Shown: one piece after another, positions 59,601 to 64,000 of the stretch | Layout of the letters: the number at the start of each line of letters is the position of its first letter | Numbering within the stretch: the stretch's first letter is position 1 | Origin: the human T2T-CHM13v2.0 reference genome, Homo sapiens | NCBI RefSeq assembly: GCF_009914755.1 | Contig: NC_060936.1 | Reading direction: 5' to 3' (one strand) | Length of the DNA: 64,000 bases | Position numbers and translations under genes: made by a program | Notes under the pieces: model-generated | Told to the model about the DNA's origin: nothing | The model's database searches: none | The model's input: only the letters and a program-made list of their open reading frames with translations

Positions 59601-61702
59601 ACTTTTCCGTCTCTGGGCTAAATAACATTCTAACAAGCATTCCTCTTTAGGTTGAGAACTGTTTAAGCGCAAACTCTTGACATAAACTCTAGCTTGCCTT
59701 TAATGGCAGTTGTGAGCAAGGGTTGGCGTAGTTACTGGGTTGTTTTTTTTTAGACAAAGTCTCGCTCACATAGTTACTCTTTAAGAGCCACTTTCATTAA
59801 AGCATTAGAGGTTATTTTCTAAAAGGAGTACTGATACAGTATTATTATTTTACAGCTCAAACTATTCGACTTTTCACACATGGGACTCCTATAGTAATAA
59901 ATCACAACCAAATAAAGTGGAAAAAATACATACACACGTAATTTTTCTTAAACTTGCAAATTCAACAAATGAAACAAAAGATAGACACTGAACTTTTTCT
60001 GAAAAGTGCTTTCATAAGCCAGTCCAAAGACAAACTCCTACTATTTTGATTACCCAAGGAAAGGGAAGGTAAGATATGGGGAACAAAAACATGCATTTTT
60101 CTATTTATATCTGAACTCGGAAATCATCTCCTTAAGACGATTTTTCTAATTACGAAAAACTTTAGTAGCTTTTTAGACCACCTATTCTAAAATACCAAAT
60201 AACAGAGAAAGTAAAACTCAATTCCACGTGTTTTTCTGCTCCTTTCAAAAGTGGAAAGAGGAGACCTCTAGAGCTTTAGGTACAAACAAAAGAAATATTT
60301 ACAATAAAGAATCCAGACCACATGGTTTGGTGACACCTACAAAGATGGTTAAAAGTCACAGAAGTACAGGAATGACAGAGCTGTCCAATAAGTGATCACA
60401 GCAGGGTTCCTGACAACAGACTGAGTGCTTATTTATACAAGTGGAACTTATTTTCACATACATTTAAGGAATGTGGGCTAGTATTGAGACAATTTACTGC
60501 TGGTGGAAATGTAATTAAAGACTGTGCTAACCAAATAAACTCTAATTTGTTTTTAGTGTGCCACCAAATTATCTGCAAAACAAAATCCTAATTAGGTCAG
60601 CTACTTTCAAGACAATGTTTAAATAGGTATCGAACCCCTTTTGGTTCAACTCAATTTCTGATCAAGGGCAACACAGATTTTTTTTCTAAACATCTAAATC
60701 CAGGAAAAAAGAAAAAAAGTACTGCACACTAGCATGATCACAATAGACAACTTGACATTGAAAAACTATCGAATACAAGTTAGATGCCGTGAATAATCTA
60801 AGCATATCTAAATACACTCCAGGAAGCACTGTATTCATTTTGTCTTTCTCATCCCTCTATTATTCCTAAGTGTTCACCTCCAGTCATTTACATGTTCAGT
60901 TCCATATGTTGTCAATAGAGCCATTCACTCATGAATAAGGCAGCATGACCTCCACAAGAGGCAATTTAACAGAATTAGCCACAACTAATTGAAAGTCTCC
61001 CTGCTTTCGGTTAAAGACCTTATCTCCTCTTCCAATTGCAATAAAAACTACTAAATAAAACGTCCCAAGAAATTAAATATCAATCCAATACTAATTCTAC
61101 TTTATTAAACTAAGGCTTATTAAAAACACAAGGAATATACTTTCTGATGGCCAACAATTCTACATTCACAAAAGTTATTTAGATTAGCACAATAATTTTA
61201 AAATATAAATTCTTAAACACCTGACCAAACCTCCTACCACATTAGGGCATTGGAATAGTTCACTAGAATTGTTTTAAAAACTTAAAATTTTCATTGCAAT
61301 TCTGCTAAGTCAAAATATAAGATTACGTATGAAGTGCACTTTTATTTTAAACAGAACAACTACTTTAAAAAATACAAATTTTGATTGTTTACTTTTTACA
61401 GCACTCCAATTTTAAAACTGGGACTGAGGAAGAAAAGAGATGACATTTGGAAAAGATCAGCATTTCCAACTAAATTACATTTTCTTCCTTGTTCTTCACG
61501 CAGTTGGCAGTGATTTCAGGTTTTCAGACTTCGCAGCTAAAAATCCAAAAACTTGCATAAGAGCTCCCTGCGCTCTCCCCTAAACCGTCTGGGCGTTCTG
61601 AGGAGCTACAGAAATCACGCCCTTGATTCTGGATAATCGAGTTCCTCCCTTTCCATAGCTACCGACCAGTCTTTACAATCTGGTTGAGGAGTGGGAACTT
61701 AC

Positions 61703-61758
61703 GGTCTGCTAATGTGAAAAAGCAAGCAGAGGGAGAACAACAAAAGTACGTCCACCAT
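61703..61758 (-). CDS. LRIG3: LRIG3 alternative first coding exon 1b (MVDVLLLFSLCLLFHISRP); gives a 1059-aa isoform lacking LRRNT
   Basis: gttATGg context (G-3, G+4), hydrophobic signal-like peptide, donor CC|GTAAGT in phase 2 compatible with exon 2; matches my recollection of the short annotated isoform. Confidence 0.85.
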
Positions 61759-62275
61759 AACTTGGAGAATGACCGAATTCTGTTGAGGGGGCTTCCCAAA
61801 TGAAAAGCCTGACTTCAGTTACTGGGTGGGAACAGGAAAAGGAGTCTGACGCAGCTAGAAACTAAAACTGAACCAGACTCATAACTCAGCGAGAACTGCA
61901 AACTCCTGATGTGTGCAGGTTGCCGCTTATCTCCCCTGGGCCTGGCAGGAGCAAGCATTTGAACCCCTTGGCTAGCTTAGGGCGCAGGACTTCATCCCCA
62001 ATCTCTGGCGTCGTTACTGGCCCCCAACCCTGGTCTACCTGCAGCCAGTTAGGACGCGCCAAGAGCCCACCTGCGCCGCCCGCAAAGCACGTGGGAGGGA
62101 AACTGAGGCCCGGACAGTTCTTTTTCCACGCCCACGGAGCGCCGATCGCGGCCTGGGCCAGAAGGAGCTATACGGCAAAAAGGGGACTGCACGCCGAACC
62201 CCATTCCCCGCCGGCTCCTGTTTTCTCGAATCTCCAGCGGCCCGGGCCCCCTCCCCCCGCGGGAAGAATACTTAC

Positions 62276-62511
62276 AGCCGAGCGACCCAGGACGGGAGTG
62301 GCTCGGGAAGACGCGCTAGCCGCTTACGACTGCAGTCCAGCAGGTCCCCGAGGCAGCGGCAGGTAGTGGGGCATGGGCGCTCGGCGGCTACCCCAGAGGG
62401 CTGCCCGAGTTCCCCGCGACCGCCGCTGTCGGACCGGCCAGCGCGCCCCAGCACCGCGCACAGCAGCAGCCCCAACCCCGCGGCGCGCGCACGGAGGCTC
62501 GGCGCGCTCAT
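62276..62511 (-). CDS. LRIG3: LRIG3 exon 1 coding part: signal peptide + LRRNT cap (CPTTCRCLGDLLDCS)
   Basis: ATG at 62511 within ORF 62272..62577; donor CT|GTAAGT; 236 nt, ends phase 2. Confidence 0.96.
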
Positions 62512-62656
62512 CGCGGTCCAGCGGCCTAGGTCTCTACCCGAAGCTCCCAGCCGGCGCGCGCTCGGGGCCCGGCACAAACTTCCAGCCGAGGGTGCACGCC
62601 CGCCCTCGCGGTCGCGTGCGCGCTCCTCCCTCGCGCTGCCCGGTCAATTCCTTCTT

Positions 62657-62683
62657 TTACTCCCGGCGGCGAAGCCCTTTCAT
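62657..62683 (-). other. uORF MKGLRRRE* in the probable LRIG3 5'UTR
   Basis: ggcATGa...TAA, ending 145 nt upstream of the main ATG. Confidence 0.6.
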
Positions 62684-62914
62684 GCCCCCAAACAGCAGGA
62701 GGGAAACCGAAAAGAACTGCCAACTGCAACAGAGTTGCAGCTTGAGCAGCGTCGGCTCGCCGAAGCCCCTTCTTGTCTGCAAAAGAAACTTTTTCGCCTC
62801 CACCCCGCGGCACTGCGCCAAGTCCCCGCGCGGCGGAGTAGCAAGGCGGGCGGGTAGAGGCCGACGCGCGCCCATTGGCCGACCCGGCTGCGGGCGTCCC
62901 CATGGCCACGTGAC

Positions 62915-63860
62915 AATAACACCGCTCCAGCCGGGGGCCTACGCGCGGGAGAAAGTGGAGCTGAGATTGTAGGAAATTCAGAGTTATATTTTCCAGCCTC
63001 TCCAGCCAGAAGTCTCCACTACGTCGTGGGAAACATATATCAAATGGAGTTGAAAGGCAAAAGGAAGTGAGCAAATACTGGGCTAGTTCTCGGAGTTGGA
63101 GGTATTTAGGAGAACTTCAGGGAAGTAAAGTTTAATTAGCAGTGTTTTCAGGAAACTTTTCAATTCCAAATTAAAGACACTGATAAATTATCCTACCATC
63201 CACAGACGAAAGAGTGGTTTCAATGAAAACAGCTCTTTCAACGTTAATGCTGGTGGGTTTTCCCCCATACATCGGCTTCAAAAGTAAAAACAATAATAAA
63301 ACGTAAAACTCGTGGTTTTGGAAAGTGTATATTGAATTACAAATAGCCAGCCTTCGTGCACTGGATAAAGCTGGGCGGGGTGGGGGATGGGAGATGACCT
63401 TCTAATAGACCTCGATGGCAATCATAGATTCCTGGTAATAGTAATAATAAAAGTAGTCACAGTGACATTTCAAAGTAAAATGAAAACTAAGACCTTGGAG
63501 GAAAAAATTAGTATATGCACCTTGGTCCACTTGCGCTTTGAGTAATGACACATGTTGATTGAGAATGCTACCAGGGTAAAAGTACCTCCCGGCCTCCTCA
63601 GCTGGGGGAGTGGATGTTTGGGGCTGGATTCAGGCTACAGGACTTCCCAGTGAAGTTTGTTCCTTAACTTACAGGTGATCAGCGCCACAAGATGTTGAAA
63701 CTAATGGAGACCGCAGAGATCATGTGCTAAGGGGCCTTCCTCCTCTGGGTAAGGAAATAGACCTAGAGAACGTAACTAATGTGTTTGTTGCAAAAAAAAT
63801 AAAAATAAAAGCAAGACAGAAAACATGAACAAACCAAAAAACAAACCCTGGAAGCTTAAA
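62915..63860 (+). ncRNA. Probable divergent lncRNA (LRIG3-DT-like) exons
   Basis: Donor GAA|gtgagc at 63067; acceptor ttacag|63675; donors TGG|gtaagg 63749 and AAA|gtaagt 63861; bidirectional CpG promoter. Confidence 0.4.
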
Positions 63861-64000
63861 GTAAGTTTTCACTTCTATACATTGTTTATTGCATGCTGTC
63901 TGCCCAAGCTTGTCTGTCCTTGGAGTTGCGTAAACTGCTCATGATTGAGGAGTGGAGATAGCTTGTGGAGTTGAGACTTTAACCCTGACTCTAAGGCCCA

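Larger units (their letters stand above)
61980..62960. promoter_or_regulatory. CpG island / LRIG3 promoter: CCAAT (62874-62878, -), E-boxes CACGTG (62907-62912, 62088-62093), GC boxes (~62845-62854)
   Basis: Very high GC and CpG density around exon 1; motifs read directly. Confidence 0.9.

Noticed and set aside
61911-63074. Long overlapping ORFs of 151-199 aa on both strands
   Set aside because: Stop-poor GC-rich CpG-island sequence, mostly non-ATG starts, no recognisable domain.
63660-63674. TTCCTTAAC resembling a U12 branch site
   Set aside because: Too close to the AG, and I found no upstream RTATCCTT U12 donor; more likely an ordinary U2 acceptor or chance.

Overview
Primate (almost certainly human) genomic DNA containing the complete LRIG3 gene (leucine-rich repeats and immunoglobulin-like domains 3) on the minus strand. 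I mapped 19 coding exons by hand from ATG 62511 to TAG 14848; all introns are GT-AG and the exon lengths sum to 3360 nt = 1119 aa + stop (signal peptide, LRRNT, ~15 LRRs, LRRCT, 3 Ig domains, TM, cytoplasmic tail). There is an alternative first coding exon (61703-61758, MVDVLLLFSLCLLFHISRP), a CpG-island promoter with a uORF and probable divergent lncRNA exons, and a ~420-nt 3'UTR with let-7/miR-196 and miR-19 seed sites and AREs. Downstream of the gene is the 5' end of a HERV-W (LTR17) provirus with a tRNA-Arg-type PBS, nested in a full-length THE1 element; the rest is Alu, L1, L2, MIR, MER and MaLR/MLT repeats. Most notable observation: exons 2-11 are all phase-2/phase-2 and total exactly 1080 nt (360 codons, 15 LRR units). 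A back-spliced exon 2-11 circle would therefore carry a stop-free, endless ORF that stays in LRR register across the junction, and the matching skipped linear mRNA would encode an in-frame LRR-less receptor. Repeat subfamily names and literature links are from memory and need database confirmation.
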